A stretch of 64,000 nt of DNA from the NCBI GenBank assembly GCA_900320435.1, contig ONSH01000007.1:5232-69231 (forward strand), written 5' to 3'. A program made the position numbers and the translations under genes. The DNA is from an uncultured Prevotellaceae bacterium (GTDB lineage Bacteria; Bacteroidota; Bacteroidia; Bacteroidales; Bacteroidaceae). Position 1 is the stretch's first letter; each line of letters opens with the position of its first letter. Positions 62,363 through 64,000 of the stretch are shown here, piece by piece. The notes beneath the pieces were generated by a model. It searched no databases. It was not told where the DNA came from and saw nothing but the letters and a program-made list of their open reading frames with translations.

Positions 62363-63583
62363 TCAAACATTCTTGACAATCAGTGTCGAATTGGTGCCGC
62401 CAAAGCCGAAGCTGTTGGAAAGGAACATGTCAAAGTGCTGCTCTATCGTCTGCGGAATCACATTGACACAAGCGGTTTCCTCGTCAGGCTCCTCAAAGTT
62501 GAGGTTACCGGCAATAAAGCCGTTCTTCATCATGAGCATGGAGTAGATGCACTCTGCCGCACCGGCAGCCCACATTTCGTGTCCGGTCTGCGACTTGGTG
62601 CTCGTCACGGGCACTCTGTAATCACCGAAAGCCTGGGCTATAGCCATAGCCTCACGACCGTCTCCGGCGTGTGTAGAGGTGGCATGTGCATTCACATAGC
62701 CGATTTCACGGGGAGCAACTCCGGAGAGACGCAATGCCATCTCCAGACTCTTTCTGGGACCTTCCACATTCGGAGTGGAAATGTGATCGCCGTTACCGCT
62801 GAAGCCCCAACCGACAATCTCTGCCAGGATTTTGGCGCCGCGCTTCTTGGCGTGCTCCTCACTCTCAAGAATCAGCGTTGCTGCACCGCCGCCGGGCACC
62901 AGGCCGTTACGGTCCTTATCAAAAGGACGGCAGGCTTTCAGAGGATTGTCCTCAGTGGTAGAGAAGGCCTGTATACCGTCAAAAGAGGCAACACAATACA
63001 TATTGTTTTCCTGACCGCCACCGCAGATCACGCAATCCTGCAAACCGTTCTTGATCAGCAGGTATGCGTTACCGATAGCGATGGACGAAGACGCACAGGC
63101 AGCCGAAGACGTCAGGTTGATGCCGCGCAGCTTGAACAGACAGGCCAAATTCATGGTGATGGTCGAGTTCATCGACTGGAAAATGGCGCCGCTGCCGCAG
63201 CTGGCCGTATCGCCGCACTCACGGAACTTGTCCAAAGCCACCATTGTAGCCTCAGCAACACTGTCGTTACCGTAAATGATGCCGACATCATGCTTATCCA
63301 GATAATCCTGATCTATGCCGGCCTGCTCCAAAGCATCTTTGGTTGCCATGTAAGCATACTGAGCCTCCTCCGGCATGAACATACGCATGTTGCGGGGAAC
63401 GAAGGGCTTGAGATCCGGCTTGGGCACATTGGTGCAAAGTCCGCTGCGGAAACCGGCAGCCTTTCTCTCCTCGGAAAAGATTATTCCGCTCTTGCCCTCG
63501 TAGAGACTTTTGCATACATCATCCAACGTCTGGCCCAAACATGACCAGATTCCCATACCTGTGATAACTACTTTATTTTCCAT
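62363..63583 (-). CDS. Beta-ketoacyl-ACP synthase (KS I/II type)
   Basis: Active-site ACASS, HATST, and the C-terminal motif NSFGFGGTN. Confidence 0.9.
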   Translation of the reverse strand: MENKVVITGMGIWSCLGQTLDDVCKSLYEGKSGIIFSEERKAAGFRSGLCTNVPKPDLKPFVPRNMRMFMPEEAQYAYMATKDALEQAGIDQDYLDKHDVGIIYGNDSVAEATMVALDKFRECGDTASCGSGAIFQSMNSTITMNLACLFKLRGINLTSSAACASSSIAIGNAYLLIKNGLQDCVICGGGQENNMYCVASFDGIQAFSTTEDNPLKACRPFDKDRNGLVPGGGAATLILESEEHAKKRGAKILAEIVGWGFSGNGDHISTPNVEGPRKSLEMALRLSGVAPREIGYVNAHATSTHAGDGREAMAIAQAFGDYRVPVTSTKSQTGHEMWAAGAAECIYSMLMMKNGFIAGNLNFEEPDEETACVNVIPQTIEQHFDMFLSNSFGFGGTNSTLIVKNV

Positions 63584-63623
63584 TGTTCTCTATTGTTTCA
63601 ACTATAATTCGGTTTTCTGTTTC

Positions 63624-64000
63624 TTATCTTGTTTCTATCTTCTTTGTCCAACAACGGCGTCTCTTAATCACCTCGGGATTCATGGGCTTCCATTGGGAAA
63701 GCTCCTTGACATTGTCCTCCAATTGCGGACCCGTCTCAGCAAAGCGGAATCCCTTCTTGTTGAGCACCGGAATGAGGTCGTTAAAGATGAGCGCATTCAC
63801 GCCCATACCCTGAAGGTCCGGCCTTACGGCAATCAGCAGCAATTGAATGGTCTCCTCATGTTTCCACTTGAGCGCCTGCACAATATGCCACCAGCCCAAA
63901 GGCAACAGATGCCCCTGCACCTTCTTCATCGTCTTCGAGAGCGACGGCACAGTCACTGCTGCCGCAACAATCTCTCCGGCCTCATTCACCACACAGGGCA
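63624..64000 (-). CDS. GNAT-like acyltransferase-fold protein, N-terminus outside the window
   Basis: C-terminal 122 aa contain LIAVRPDLQGMGVNALI, a GNAT-like motif. The ORF is open to the window edge. Confidence 0.45.
   Translation of the reverse strand, partial: PCVVNEAGEIVAAAVTVPSLSKTMKKVQGHLLPLGWWHIVQALKWKHEETIQLLLIAVRPDLQGMGVNALIFNDLIPVLNKKGFRFAETGPQLEDNVKELSQWKPMNPEVIKRRRCWTKKIETR

Overview
This 64 kb window looks like a chromosomal segment of a Bacteroidota genome of Prevotella/Bacteroides type. Three things point that way: many TAnnTTTG -7 promoter boxes, a Bat aerotolerance operon, and the rpmB-rpmG-DUF4295-ftsY-rimO gene order. All calls rest on motifs recognised by eye in the supplied translations and on base pairing or repeats read directly from the sequence. 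No database search was possible.

Gene content in order:
- 10-2953: grpE-dnaJ-folC.
- 3.0-16.2 kb: a co-directional sugar block, galM / MFS transporter / galK / lipoprotein mutarotase / SSF symporter / araD-araA-araB / tkt-rpiB.
- 16.3-24.5 kb: housekeeping genes (HhH-domain barrel protein, maf, malQ, TPR protein, def, ruvX, SPOR protein).
- About 24.7-35.3 kb: a mosaic accessory stretch with ytxH/holin-like genes, sugE, a four-helix-bundle gene, a 1.4 kb ORF-free repeat-dense region, an AT-rich three-gene orphan cassette, msrA, an MNT-HEPN toxin-antitoxin pair, an orphan secreted protein and a serine hydrolase.
- 35.3-35.7 kb: a tRNA-Leu/Leu/Gly cluster with a duplicated 5' half of tRNA-Gly.
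- 35.8-42.9 kb: nspC, a PCMD protein, an Omp85-like OMP, class-3 fbp, a pseudouridine synthase and a PAP2 phosphatase.
- 43.0-51.3 kb: the moxR-DUF58-batA-batB/C-batD-batE operon.
- 51.4-55.6 kb: HU-like genes, rimO, ftsY, DUF4295, rpmG and rpmB.
- 55.7 kb to the window end: a minus-strand aryl-polyene/flexirubin-like lipid cluster.

No rRNA, CRISPR array, transposase or integrase was seen.

Most interesting region, 27.1-30.9 kb:
- An ORF-free region carries two sets of 22-bp-phased direct repeats, a palindromic 9-bp GTCCGT array, and a perfect 27-bp inverted repeat bracketing a 96-bp AT-rich core.
- A promoter follows, then a nested-helix leader RNA with an intrinsic terminator.
- The AT-rich operon behind it encodes three proteins with no recognisable motifs; two of them are membrane-anchored.

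Other candidates:
- An unannotated sRNA of about 170 nt at 21386-21555.
- Short-period (mostly 7-nt) tandem repeats that punctuate the gene boundaries of the accessory stretch.
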